A DNA stretch of 64,000 nucleotides from an uncultured Nitrososphaeraceae archaeon (GCA_963825865.1 CAWGVG010000029.1:32001-96000); one strand, 5' to 3'; positions 44,076 through 56,481 are shown, numbered from the stretch's first letter. The notes: generated by a model from the letters alone, not told the origin. A program made the numbers and translations.

Positions 44076-44913
44076 ATGCAAAAGGTTTCTCTTATTGCAT
44101 TGGTACAGATGAAAGCATCGGAAAACAAAATTGAAAATCTGAAACTATCAGTTGATTTCATCAAAGAAGCCGCAAAAAAGAAAGCAAGCTTAATATGCTT
44201 TCCAGAATTTCAAATGGCGTTTTCACCCATTAACCAGTCTGCAAAACAGCTGGCAGAACTCGCTGAGTCAGTAAACGATGGCAATTTCATCTCTATGCTC
44301 TGTACAGCAGACTAAACGAAATAAAATTAGCGTTGTGGCAACAATTTATGAAAGAAGTAGCAATCAATCTGACAATCGTGTATATGATACCGCAGTTATT
44401 ATAAATAGCAAAGGCTCGATATATTCAGTTTACCGCAAATTACATCTATATGATGCTCTTGGCTTCAGGGAGTCTGATAAGATGATAGCTGGTAATATAA
44501 TTGAAAAGCCCGCAAAGACGCCGGCCGGAAGCGTCGGCCTGATGATCTGTTATGATATACGTTTTCCTGAAATGTCTAGAATTTTGACTGTGAATGGTGC
44601 AGAAATTTTAATCGCACCTTCAGCATGGGTTCATGGAGTTATGAAGGAAGAACACTGGCAAACAATGCTCAAAGCAAGGGCAATTGAAAATGGGTCATAT
44701 GTAGTTGCGCCGAATCAGATTGGTCATATCTACTCAGGAAGAAGCATGGTTGTAGATCCATTTGGTGCAATTCTGTTAGATATGGGAAATAGAGAAGGAG
44801 TAGATGTAGTTGAAATTGATAAGTCTAGAGTCCAAAAGGTTAGAGAGTCACTTCCACTTCTAAAAAATCGTCGAACTGATGTATATGTAGATAACATCAA
44901 TGCATTTAGTTAG
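44076..44913 (+). CDS. Carbon-nitrogen hydrolase (Nit1-like), frameshifted
   Basis: FPE, YRKLHLYD, ICYDIRFPE triad motifs; ARAIENG. Confidence 0.9.
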
Positions 44914-45472
44914 TTAAGGTTTCTTCTGTCCCTTTTTGCTAGATATTGAATATTAATGCAGATTTCCACAGGTATTTTGATGGATAGGCAAAATAACACT
45001 GATTATAGGTCATCTACACTAATTACATGCCTTTTTTTCAAACTCTGAAAATGATCAAGATCTAAAACATGTTTTCTAATTTCAAACTCTGTCTACTATA
45101 AAGGAAAGGAAGAAAGTAGAAATTAACATGTAAACGTTGTAATGTCAAAGCAAGGCAATTAAGCAGAGATTAACCTTCTTCGGCTTTTTTACACATTGTT
45201 AATAAACAAGTAATCTTATTTTATCTGAAAAAAGAACTGGAGACTGACAAAAGAGAAAAACGATTGTCATTGGTCAGAATCTTTGTGGAAGGTAACGGCC
45301 TACCATGTAAATGGAAATGATGCGTTGTCACTATTAGATAGCTAATCTACTGCTTGTTAGCATAGCCTTTAGCGATAAGGATAAACGACAGGCTACCGAT
45401 CCTATTTTTCGTTTAAGCAAACGACTTAAAATAGTCAAGCGTGGTCTTTTTTGTAAGCCTTATCAAAAACTG

Positions 45473-46438
45473 GGCTCAGTAGAAATCATCAACAATAAGA
45501 AAAGATTAGTCACCCTATGCATGTTGTAGGCTATGCATCTAAATGATAAATTCCCGATTCTGTGTTTTAACTAACCTTGAAGTAACATGTTCACCAAATA
45601 GTCTCTTTATAACAGATATTATGGTTTCATCCTTGTTGTTACGTTGATTGTACAATGGTTTGGAATAACCTCGTTTCATCTGTTTCCTGTACCTGCCATG
45701 CGTCCTCCATACCGGAACGTGTGGATATCTTGCAGGAATGATGCTATATGCTTTCAGACCTTCTCTTACTAATACATGATTCTTTTTACTGTCATAGCCC
45801 TTGTCACATATACTGCTATTGACAATGGCCTAATTTCCGATGTTCTTGTTATGATTGGTTGAAAATCTATGTTGTCGTGCCTTTTAGGAGCTCTCCTTAT
45901 CTTGATGGTGCAGATAATCTGTTTTAACATATCATCATCTCCAACAGACAATTTTATTATCCATTTCTTTCTCAATCTACTTCTTTCAGTGTAATACTGT
46001 GATGCATGGCTTGGCTTGAATCCAGATGAGTCTATTCCAAAGAATATCTGTTTGATAGTTGTAAGGAGAATGAAAGAAGAAATTATCCTTTCCAGAATGG
46101 TACCTGTGATTCTATCTGTAAATTTCTGTAATGTTGTGAAATGAGGTATTCTGGATAGATTGAGGAACATCCTGAGATAATAAGCTTCTACCAACCATTC
46201 TGTAAACATACGATAACTCTTACCCTCATACTGTCTGATAGTAAGCAGAACAAGATGCTGCCAGACTGTGAAAATGTGATTGCTCTTCCTATGAAGGAAT
46301 AGTGGCATCCTGGCATTCTTCAGGATAGATAACATAGTATGTGCTAGTTTGACATATCTTGATTCTTTCACCACATGTATGATATGGCAATGTTACATAG
46401 CTTTTGGCTTATCAAGAATAGATGGTTTCGACAGAGCC
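45473..46438 (-). mobile_element. IS5-type element (DDE_Tnp_1) with frameshifted transposase starting at 46374
   Basis: TIRs GGCTCAGTAGAAA / TTTCGACAGAGCC; TSD CAAAAACTG at 45464-45472 and 46439-46447; IPHFTTLQKF, IDSSGF, HD motifs. Confidence 0.92.
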
Positions 46439-46538
46439 CAAAAACTGTATTAATTTAAATATGATAAATAACTAACTGTGATTATTCTATGCATCCCATG
46501 TCTAAACTTTTTATAATACAAAAAGCATTTTTCATCAA

Positions 46539-47702
46539 ATGACAAATAAGGTCTGTGTCCTCGGTGCAGGTAGGTACTAAATATGGCAAATTAAACGAAA
46601 GTGTTATTGAAATTGCATTAAACGCATCAAAGGATGCCATTGATTCCGCGGGAATCACACCTAGGGATATTCAAGCCGGATACATCTCAAATGTCTTTGG
46701 GGTTACTGACAAGCAAGTTCATATAGCCCCTGTTATCATGAGCAACCTAGGAATTCCATATGTTCCGGGACTCACTATTGAATCTGCATGTGGCTCGGGT
46801 TCAGTAATGTTCAGAGAAGCATATGCCAATATAGCGAGCGGGATTTTATGATTGTGTTTTGGGAGTGGGTGTTGAGAAAATAACCCATACAGGAACTGTC
46901 CAAAGCACTACCTTATTCTCCTACTGTTCTGATTTCTTTTATGAAGGAGGAAATGGTGCATCTTTTCCAGGGCTTTTTGCATCAATAGCTAGGGCTTACA
47001 TGGATACATACAAATCTAATGAAGAAGATCTTGCTCATGTTGCCGTAAAGAACCATGAAAATGGAATTCTTAATCCAAAGGCTCATGTTCGAAAGAGGAT
47101 CACAATTGAAGACGTGTTAAAATCGCCAGTCGTGGCTTCGCCTTTGAAACTCTATGACTGCTGTCCATTTTCAGATGGAGCATCCGCAGTCATACTTTGT
47201 AATGAAGAATTCGCCAAGAAGAGTGGAAGACCTTATATGGAAATTATTGGTTCAGGCAGAGGAGCTTCACCGGCTGCAGTTCAGGCACGTGAAGACATTA
47301 CTACTATCCCAAGTACCAGTAGCAGCCGCCAAGCAAGCATACAAAATGGCTAAAATTACTTCAAAAGATATAGATTTTGCTGAAGTTCACGACTGCTTTA
47401 CAATCGCAGAGATAATTGATATTGAAGATCTCGGTTTCTTTCCGAAAGGAACTGCTGCCCAGGCAGTCCGGGAAGGAGCAACTCGCAGAAATGGTGAGAT
47501 TCCCATTAATCCTTCTGGTGGCTTAAAATCAAAGGGCCATCCAATTGGGGCAACGGGCATAGGTCAGGTCGTAGAAGTTTTCGAACAATTCACTGGCAAA
47601 GCTGGAGAAAGAAAGGTTAAAGATGCTGAAATTGCTCTGACACATAACTTTGGAGCCACTGGCGCAAGCGCGGCAGTTCATATCTTTAGGAAGGTGGAAT
47701 AG
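46539..47702 (+). CDS. Acetyl-CoA acetyltransferase (archaeal thiolase), frameshifted
   Basis: [11 protein letters not shown] start; [39 protein letters not shown]. Confidence 0.92.
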
Positions 47703-47707
47703 AAGAA

Positions 47708-48103
47708 TTGTCAGAGACAAAACAGCAGCAGGATTTGGGCCCACGTGAGAAGTTTATCCTATCTGCCAATAAAGGAAAGATACTCGCCAATAAATGTTTA
47801 AAGTGTGGCCATGCTATGCTTGAGACAATATATTTTTGTGATAAATGCTTCGGCAGCAAATTTGAACCTGTTGAATTTGAAGGCATTGGCAAAATTGTAA
47901 CTTACACAATCCAAGCTGTAGCACCGGAAGGATTTGAAGATACTGAGTCATATGCATGGGCTGTTTTTAAAGTAGACACTGCTCCATTTAGAGCATCAGG
48001 ATTTCTTTCTGGTGTTAAATCACCTAAGGATCTACCCATTGGGGCAAAAGTCAAGGTAGCTGGTTTCGATCCAAAACATGGTCTGTTATTACAAAAACTG
48101 TAA
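47708..48103 (+). CDS. DUF35 Zn-ribbon/OB-fold thiolase partner
   Basis: CLKCG...CDKC plus GKIVTYT; immediately downstream of thiolase. Confidence 0.88.
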   Translation: MSETKQQQDLGPREKFILSANKGKILANKCLKCGHAMLETIYFCDKCFGSKFEPVEFEGIGKIVTYTIQAVAPEGFEDTESYAWAVFKVDTAPFRASGFLSGVKSPKDLPIGAKVKVAGFDPKHGLLLQKL

Positions 48104-48189
48104 TTTAATATTTGCTTTGTAGCAGTTGCACATTTTGTAATACAACATTAAAAGCACTTTTATTATTCTATATTTTTATTATATTCCTG

Positions 48190-48360
48190 ATGTCCCTGTC
48201 ATCGGTAGACGTGGTTTGCAAGAAATGCGGATCAATAATCTATACGATGCGTACACTAAAGTCTATTAGAGATGTTTTACGTCCCTCTAATGGTAGATGT
48301 ATCGTTTGTGGTTCGATATTGAATCCCGGAGATTTTACAGTTTCGGTAAAAAGACGATAG
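48190..48360 (+). CDS. Small Zn-finger protein
   Basis: MSLSSVDVVCKKCG...RCIVCGSILNP. Confidence 0.7.
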   Translation: MSLSSVDVVCKKCGSIIYTMRTLKSIRDVLRPSNGRCIVCGSILNPGDFTVSVKRR

Positions 48361-48904
48361 TCTGAAAGTAAGTAAATTCCAAATCAATCAGTTACCATTA
48401 TCATTTTTCTACTTTAATTATATTCGAATGCAAAGTATGAATTACCATTACTCATAGGCTGAGAAATGTAGTGTCCTCGAGGCAATAAATCTATGATGGA
48501 AGATTTCTGTATATTTCTATGCAGTACTCCAACTTAGATAATATCTTAGGTAAAGTTGAAACATCATTTCTGTCTGCATTATCTTGATATATATTATTGT
48601 GCTCAAACACCATAACTCCTTTACCCCAAGAGTATATATATGTATATATATCTTGCTTTGATATCTGCATTATTTTCAATTACTGTAATTATAGCAAGTG
48701 CCGTCTCTGCTTAAATTGTAATGTGCTTCTGCTAATTTATAACGTTGAATTATACTTGATAATCTATAACGGAAATTCTGTATAGATCGTGTTTTGTAAT
48801 AACTTCTACTATGAATTTTGTAGCTTAGCTTTATAGTATCCGTTGGTATACAGAGTTTAACATTGCCCTTAACATTTCTTAAATTTAAAAAATCCGTCTA
48901 GAAT

Positions 48905-49526
48905 ATGGATAGGCATCCGCATCAGCAGTTTAAGAGTGATATTGTAAACGCCAGCCTAGTAGTGAATAATCAGCTCACTCGATTAAGGATGCTTGATAAA
49001 AAATTTACTGCAATGGATACTGATTTGCGCCATCAAATGGCTGTTAATATAAAGTCCGGTAACAATGCTCGTGCAAAAGCTTTTGCAAATGAACTATCAA
49101 ACATTCGACGTGTTCAGCGAACTACTCAAAATATGAGCCTTGCACTCGAAGTGGTGGTAATTCGCTTCAGTACCAATTAACGAATTTACAATGATCTTGG
49201 AAACGATCAATCCTACGATTGAAATGATCAAGGATATTCAAAAAGATGTTTCAAAGGCTGTTCCAACGGCTAATGAAGTCTTGTCAGAAATGACGTCAAT
49301 GACATCTGATGTTTTAGTTAATTCTAACATTAGCTCAGACGTAGACAAAATTTCAACTCCTGTGAGTACAGATGCTCTTTCGATATTGAATGAGGTCGAG
49401 GGAATACTTGAAGATGAGGCAAAGGCAAAGCTGCCAGAGGTTCCAACTACTATTCATAGTGTCAAAATGAATCGAGAAACAGAGGAACAAGTAATGGATG
49501 ATAATCGTGTAATGGTTGAAGGTTAA
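48905..49526 (+). CDS. CdvB/ESCRT-III (Snf7-like) paralog, frameshifted
   Basis: Helical; RAKAFANELSNIRRV..SLALEVVVIRFST..ILNEVEGILEDEAKAKLPEVP. Confidence 0.8.
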
Positions 49527-49631
49527 ACTTGTTAATCTGTTGTTCAACTGCCTGGAGTAGGGCCTATTACACTATTAGTTAAAAATAATATACAAAGTAG
49601 TTTTAATCAGTTGGTCTAAATATGGGGTGCA

Positions 49632-51773
49632 ATGGAACAGTTGAGTCATGATTATTCCTCCCAACCAGAATCTAGGCGAGATGGAGTTTTGGAATCTGCC
49701 TCAAAGCGGGTCAGGATGATTTTTTCTGTTATGGCTAGTCCTAATAGAATTGATATTCTTCGTATTTTAAATTCCAAAGGACCACTTACCTATTCTGAGC
49801 TAAAAGCCCTTGCTGGATTTAAATCTAAAAAAGAATCTGGCAAATTTGCATATCATTTAAGAAAACTTCTCAGGCAGTCGCTTGTTGCTCTTAACAAGGG
49901 AGAGCGCCGTTACACAATTACAAATTTGGGCAAGTTGGTGTTAAGCCTTGCCAGACAGATAGAAGAAAGATCAATAATTGAAAGTGGCAAAATGTATGTT
50001 AGGACAACCAGACATTCAATTGAAGAATTTAACTCACTTAAGATAATTCAATCTCTTGTAAGAGAGGCAAATATGCCACTTGAACAGGCGCATAAAATTA
50101 CTGAAGAAGTTGAAAATAAGATTTACAAATTCCAGACAGCATATCTAACCTCGTCATTGATTAGGGAAACTGTAAATTCTGTTCTAATTGAACACGGACA
50201 TGAAGAATATAGAAACAAGATGGCCAGGTTAGGACTGCCTGCATCTGATGTTGTAGAGATGTTAAATAATATAGATACCGCCAAGAATGGAGTTGACAGT
50301 GTATTGTCAAAAGCTTCTCATTCGATATTTTCAGAATATCTAATAATCAATACACTCCCAAAAGACATTGCAGACATGCACTTGGCTGGTGAGATAAATA
50401 TCTCTAACAGTGGTATGTGGGGTCTGATTCCTGACACTATATTTCTAGACATAGCCGACTTTGCTGAAGATGGCCTTGACCTCAAAGGCAAGTTTTTGAA
50501 TGTCTCTAGGCTACCTACGTTAAATAATTCTGATGACTTTGTAACTATTCTGCCCATACTAATCTCCCTTCTAAGCAGAGAAGCATCGACAGAAATTATA
50601 CTGGAAACAATTATTCCACAGCTGCTAAAACATGAGCAGAAACCAGAGAAAATTGAATCACAATTTACAAGGGCGTTGCTAGCGTCTTCTGTAGCTCCAT
50701 CTTATTCTTTACCAGGTTTCCCGATTACTACAATAAGTCTTCCAGCATATGAATTTGATGCTAAAGTAATCGATGCATTATTAGATGGTTATGGAAAATA
50801 TGTAGATTCCACTCCTGTCCCTAGAATAGGGATATCGTTGAATTATAATAATAATAATGGCAATCTTAAGGATCATTCAGAGCGTATTGCCCCAATAATA
50901 CGTGCTGGCGGCATCATCTCAATTTTACAAAATGGATCAAGGGGAAGCAATGGTACCTGCAAATCTATAGACAGGAAAGGTTTTGGTACTGTTATGACTT
51001 TACAATCATTGTCAATTAATCTTCCAAGACTGGCGTATCAATCGAATAAGGATGAAACCTATTTCCGAGCAAGGCTTGCTCTGATGATAAAGCCGGCACT
51101 AGCCGCAATGTCGATGAGGAAGAAAGGCATTGCAGATCTGATTAGAAAGGGTATGGTTCCGGCACTTGCCAACAGTACCAACTTTATGCAGCTTGTGACG
51201 ACTAACATTTTGATTAACCTCACAGGGGCCAAAGAATCAGTCTATAATATTTTGGGATATGGTGCTAACAACAATGGTATAGAGATTTTACAAAAAGTAT
51301 TGAAGACTGCTGTAGACGTGGCTACAGAACAAGGTAAACACCTTGGAGAAGATTCTGTAGGAATTGCTATGATATGTGATGATAGCGCTGAGAGATTCGC
51401 AAGTCTAGATTCTGATAAATATGGTAAGATCTCTTTATCGTCAACTCAACAAAATACACCTACTTATTCACAAGGACTAATGTTGAATGGCAAAGACTTA
51501 TTGTTATCTGATAATAATTCTAGTTCTGTAATTAAAGAATGTATTTCAATTGACAAATTGTTGAATGGTGGACTATCAGTAATGCTTGATGTGAGCGATC
51601 TTCCTTCTAATATGGAAGTAAAGAACGCAATAGAAGCTGCGTCAGACCTGCAATTTTTTCGCCCTAGCGTCAAACTTATGTTATGTAACACATGTGGTAA
51701 AAGAGCAAGAACACACTCTATTGAAAAGTGCGAATTTTGCAAGTCGCCTTACTTGTCACCAATTCGTTTATAG
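49632..51773 (+). CDS. wHTH + ATP-cone + class III RNR (NrdD)-like fusion
   Basis: ArsR-like HTH (RIDILRIL..GKFAYHLRKL), ATP-cone (EEFNSLKIIQSLVRE), ADMHLAGEINI, SINLPRLA, C-terminal CxxC..CxxC. Confidence 0.85.
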   Translation: MEQLSHDYSSQPESRRDGVLESASKRVRMIFSVMASPNRIDILRILNSKGPLTYSELKALAGFKSKKESGKFAYHLRKLLRQSLVALNKGERRYTITNLGKLVLSLARQIEERSIIESGKMYVRTTRHSIEEFNSLKIIQSLVREANMPLEQAHKITEEVENKIYKFQTAYLTSSLIRETVNSVLIEHGHEEYRNKMARLGLPASDVVEMLNNIDTAKNGVDSVLSKASHSIFSEYLIINTLPKDIADMHLAGEINISNSGMWGLIPDTIFLDIADFAEDGLDLKGKFLNVSRLPTLNNSDDFVTILPILISLLSREASTEIILETIIPQLLKHEQKPEKIESQFTRALLASSVAPSYSLPGFPITTISLPAYEFDAKVIDALLDGYGKYVDSTPVPRIGISLNYNNNNGNLKDHSERIAPIIRAGGIISILQNGSRGSNGTCKSIDRKGFGTVMTLQSLSINLPRLAYQSNKDETYFRARLALMIKPALAAMSMRKKGIADLIRKGMVPALANSTNFMQLVTTNILINLTGAKESVYNILGYGANNNGIEILQKVLKTAVDVATEQGKHLGEDSVGIAMICDDSAERFASLDSDKYGKISLSSTQQNTPTYSQGLMLNGKDLLLSDNNSSSVIKECISIDKLLNGGLSVMLDVSDLPSNMEVKNAIEAASDLQFFRPSVKLMLCNTCGKRARTHSIEKCEFCKSPYLSPIRL

Positions 51774-52393
51774 TTAATAAATAACACCACAGTAGCTAAT
51801 AATTGAATGGCAAAGATTTTGCAATGACCTTAGAGTAGCAGAACTTGTCATAAACCCAGATGTAAAAAAAGATACTAATGGGTTTAAGAAGGATTTTAAA
51901 AGACAGGCCGATCAATTGGCAAGACAGAACTATTCAGAAGAACAACAACCACAACAACAAAAAAACAACAAGCAGATGATGATGATGATGACGACAAGAA
52001 AGCCTTGGCAATAGATATATTCAAACAAAGATGTAATGGAAAAGCAACACAATGATACAACTTCAAATAAAATTAGCTTCCACCAGGCAGATTCTATCAA
52101 GATAACGCACTCCTTATGATGGAAAAATTTGATTAAAGAAGATGTATGATTAAAGAAGAACTAGAATTAAGGTTAAATGAATATACGACTAATATGCTAT
52201 TGTAACGGAACCAATGTTTAAATTTAAAAATTATCTATGCTGGATAATCGATCAATGGCAAAGTCTTTTAGGAGAAGTATGTCTTTTCTACAATTTGAAA
52301 ATAAACATTATTAACAACCGATTGCTCTTTCATGCTCATATCTCCAATGGAACTTCACAAACAATAAACCAGACTGGCAGTAACAATATCGAA

Positions 52394-52640
52394 ATGAAGT
52401 CATGTCCTATTAATAATACATTCAAAATTGTTGGCATAAAATTTACAGTGTTAATTCTAAGAAATATGATAAACGGCAAACAGAATAGCTTTAACCCGTT
52501 ATTAAACCTCCCTTGAAGAAGGTAACCCAAAAACTCTATCTATGAGACTTAGAGAAATGGAAAATTTAGGATTAATAAAACGTAAGGTCTACTCCCATGA
52601 AACACCTATAAGAATAGAATATTATCAGACAGAAAAGACT
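52394..52640 (+). pseudogene. HxlR-family wHTH regulator, frameshifted/truncated
   Basis: CPINNTFKIVG..FTVLILRNM; shifted frame NPKTLSMRLREMENLGLIKRKVYSHETPIRIEY. Confidence 0.75.
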
Positions 52641-52982
52641 ATTTCACAACATGTTACAAAAGTAGGTGTAGTGACTATTATCTATAGAGATACCTAAATA
52701 AAATCCTCACTACTAAAACTGTTAAAGAATTTTAATAGACTGAGAATGGAACGAAGCGGTAATTTGACCGATAACCAATAATATTTGTATTTGCAAACAA
52801 TATGGTAATAGAATGGATATCTAATTATCGTAGAGTCCTATCCTGTTGTTAATAATTTATGCACCTTATCTTTTAGCTTGACCACGATCTCAACTAAGAT
52901 CCTGACACCAGAATGGCGATATATCATCTAACGAATAGTGTGGTATGGTTAATTCAAACTTTTTAAAGTCTTGTGACTACAA

Positions 52983-53447
52983 ATGGGTAGGTTGTCTGAT
53001 ACAAAGGGAAAATTTTCCAGAATATTGGTTGCCATCGATGGCTCAGCTCCATCAATGGATGCAGCAGACTATGCTATAGAAATGGCAAAAAAGAATAATG
53101 CTCAGCTAATTGCGTTAACTGTCTCACGTATTTCGTTATCAGCATATGGTCTTGTACCGTCCCCAGATGCATTAACGCGGGCGAAAGAAAGACATAAACT
53201 TGAAGCTGAGCAATGGTTTAATAAATTTAATCAAAGCGCAAAACAAAAGAATGTTCAATTAAAAACAGAACTCATTGATAGTCAAATGACTATTGAAGCG
53301 GCAATAGTGGAATACGCCGATCGTGAAGGTGTTGATTTGATAATATTAGGTACAAGGGGAAGGTCGGGTTTTAAAAGGCTGCTGGTTGGAAGTGTTGCAT
53401 CAGGGGTAGTAACTTATGCAACATGTCCTGTAATGGTAGTGAAATAA
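52983..53447 (+). CDS. Universal stress protein (UspA family)
   Basis: ILVAIDGS...DLIILGTRGRSGFKRLLVGSVA...CPVMVVK. Confidence 0.95.
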   Translation: MGRLSDTKGKFSRILVAIDGSAPSMDAADYAIEMAKKNNAQLIALTVSRISLSAYGLVPSPDALTRAKERHKLEAEQWFNKFNQSAKQKNVQLKTELIDSQMTIEAAIVEYADREGVDLIILGTRGRSGFKRLLVGSVASGVVTYATCPVMVVK

Positions 53448-53650
53448 GTATTATGCAAGCCTCTTCCAATTATGATTACACACACTACCAGTAATCACTC
53501 AATCTCTGTTTATATAATGCAAAGAAAAATATTTTATCCTTCAAACAACATCCAACAGGCAGAAAAGAATGAATATGATGTATGCCTGTCAACTTCACAA
53601 CTGAAAACAAAACAACATTTTATGTAATTGCAAGATAATACTAGATAGTT

Positions 53651-55833
53651 GACGATTGGACATAAATCCAGACTCTATTTTTTGCAAATATATATTGATG
53701 AATTAGGCTAAAGCTATCCTTTGGATGTCTGAATTTGTGATGACATATAATAAAACATCCTCAAAGGACAGCACATGATAGTTCAGAATCCATCCTTATT
53801 GGTATTCTGTATTTGATAGGCTTGATACCATGGCCAGAATCACAAAAGATGAAAAAAAGAGGTAGACCATACGTCTATTCTTCTACTGTCATACTACGAT
53901 GTTTCATAGTCAGATTGTGGTTTAGAATGGATTCTAACAACGCATTACATGAATTCCTAGGAATGGATTACCCTTACAATAAGAAGATAATGAAAAGATG
54001 TGGTCTTACCCAAATACCAGATAGACGAACATTTGACAGACGTCTTAAGACCATATCCATAGACATCAAGGAAAGGATTGCTACTATGACTAGTCTATTA
54101 GTAAATGGGAAGATAATAGACCCTTATATTGTTGCAATAGATGCTTTGTTGCATGATTAATTATCTTGTAAGTGATACTTATTTGACCACTCACCATTTA
54201 GCTTGCTAGTATTAATTATTCTGGTATGGTTGACTGGCCTTGCTATAATGAATCACTAGTTAGGCGTGGTCAAGTACTCTTGGATTTTGATGTACTTGAT
54301 GGATGGGATCATGAATTATGTCAAATGAACCTTGGTAAGGTTGGTGAGCCCTACTGCTACCCAAATTCATTTATTCAGCTTCTAGGTTACATGAGAGCAT
54401 ATTTCCATCTACCATATAGACAAACACAGGGTGTAGTCATAGCTCATGCAAGTAAAGAAGTATCAAACACACCACATTATAGGACCATTAATAGACGTAT
54501 AAACAGGCTAGAGATTAAAATCGATGAAAAATTAGGAAATGATATTGTCATTGCTTTAGACAGCACCGGCATTAAGGTAGTAATCGAGGGGAATGGATGC
54601 ACCACAAATGGCATGTCAGAAAAGGATATCTAAAGATACACATAGCAGTTGATATCGAGAAGAAAAGAATTGTATCTCTGGAGGTAACAAGTGAAGAGGT
54701 ACATGATGGTAAGATGCTAAAGAAGTTAGTAGACAATGCTTCTGAAAATAATAATCTGAAGGGTATATTAGCAGATGGTATGTACGACAGCAATAAGAAT
54801 TTTAGATACCTATCAAAGAACCACATTAAGCCTGGTATAAAGACAAGAAGTAATTCCAAGGTCAAGTCAACTAACTGTCATGCTAGGAATATGTCTGTAG
54901 TAAGACAACAAGCAAACCTCAAAAAATGGAAGCGTAGCGTGAGCTATGGGTACAGGTGGATAGCAGAAACAGCATTCTCTTCCATTAAAAGAACATTTGG
55001 TGAACATGTAACAGCTAGAAAGTTTCCTCACATGGTAAAAGAGATCCTCCTAAAGGGAGCTCTGTATAACATGTTCAATCGAATGACCTAGCTAACGGTT
55101 TGCATAACCTAAAATCCTAATGAATTATGCAACAGAGGAGCAATAGATAGTACATTGCTCAAAGCCAGAGGACATGTTTGGCACAAATCATCTATGGATA
55201 AAGGAATAGTACCACGTTCAGGTATAGATACAGATGCCAGGTGGGGATTCAGTCATACCAGAGGTTGGATATTTGGTTACAAACTACATTTGATATCAAG
55301 ACTGGTTCTACCATAGTACCTTTAGCAGCAGATTTTACAACTGCTAATGTACAGGATAATCAAATGTACAATCCTATGATATCATCATCATCATCATCTC
55401 TGTTCCTAGAAACATGTTTCATGATAGGTGATTCTGGGTATGACGACAATAAACTATATGATTTAGCATAAACAGAGGATTTGAACTGGTATGTCCAGTG
55501 CAAAGGTACAAAAATACCCCAAAGAATAGACTAGAGCTGATACAATTCTATGAATCTGAGTTAGGACAGGCTATTTACTCTTGGAGAAGTAAATCGATAG
55601 AACCACTAATAGAACATATTAAATCTGTTTTTAGAATAGACCCATTACCGGTAAGAGGCTATCAGAAGGCTGCTGGAATAGTACTTCTGTCAGTACTACT
55701 GTATCAGATCCTTGTCTACTACAATTATAAAACCAGACCTAGTCAACGACCAAAAGCAATCAAACACATGTTATGTAGTTAATACATCACTAAATGATAG
55801 ATGAAAAATGTAGAATTGAATTATGCCCATGTC
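53651..55833 (+). mobile_element. DDE transposase IS (IS4/IS5-like) interrupted by a nested IS903-like copy
   Basis: Transposase 53775..55782 (KRGRP, IPDRRTFDRR, VAID|STLLKA, GYKLH, GDSGYD, RSKSIEP); imperfect TIRs GACGATTGGACATAA / TTATGCCCATGTC; no TSD seen. Confidence 0.8.
54142..55139 (+). mobile_element. IS5 family (IS903-like) element, copy 3, frameshifted
   Basis: Near-identical to copies 1 and 2; TSD GCAATAGA at 54134-54141 and 55140-55147. Confidence 0.96.
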
Positions 55834-56399
55834 TCAGCTACCTTCCTTTTTGATTTTCTTCCTCCAGGATTAATTCTTATGGCAATTGTTCCTAAATGAT
55901 TCTCTTCTCCAAAAATATCTTCCATCAACAGCCACAACCGCGGCATTTCATAATCATCTATAGTTACACAAATTATTCCATCTTCACTTAGTAAATTTTT
56001 GGCTAATCCGAGTCTGTGGTTCATAAATGAAAGCCATTTTGTATGTCGGTAAGGATCTTCAGCATCTACATAATTATTGTTGTATTTCCAGTCTTTTGCT
56101 CCTGTGTTATAGGGAGGATCAAGATAAATTACATCGATTTTTCCTTTATGCGTGTAATTCAAAACAGAAAGAGCATGGTAATTATCGCCCTCTATCAAGA
56201 TATTTACAGGCTTTTCCTTGTCTGTCATTATTTCTTTACTTTTAACTTCTTCTAATATTGGCAATTTTGTCTTACACTGTTCAACTACCTCTTCCTGCTT
56301 ATCTTCCCAAACCAATCCAAATTTTTTCCTTTTTTTTAGTTTCTTTATCTCTTGGATAAGGTCATTTTTAGAAAAATCGTCATAATTATTAACGATCAT
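55821..56399 (-). pseudogene. Type III Mod-like N6-adenine DNA methyltransferase, 3'-truncated
   Basis: KFGLVWE, LIEGDNY, IYLDPPYNTG, WLSFM..RL; ends at the IS terminus with no FxGxG motif. Confidence 0.85.
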
Positions 56400-56481
56400 T
56401 ATATTTCCACTATGTTGAAAAATTTAGATCGTTCTTAAAAACTTGTCTTAACATTTACAATTTCTCTAGTAATGTGTTTTA

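Noticed and set aside
49632-51773. Calling this an active nrdD
   Set aside because: Glycyl-radical loop missing and no nrdG nearby.
51799-52200. Q/D-rich coding-like stretch downstream of the NrdD-like gene
   Set aside because: Broken by stops and low complexity; cannot assign.
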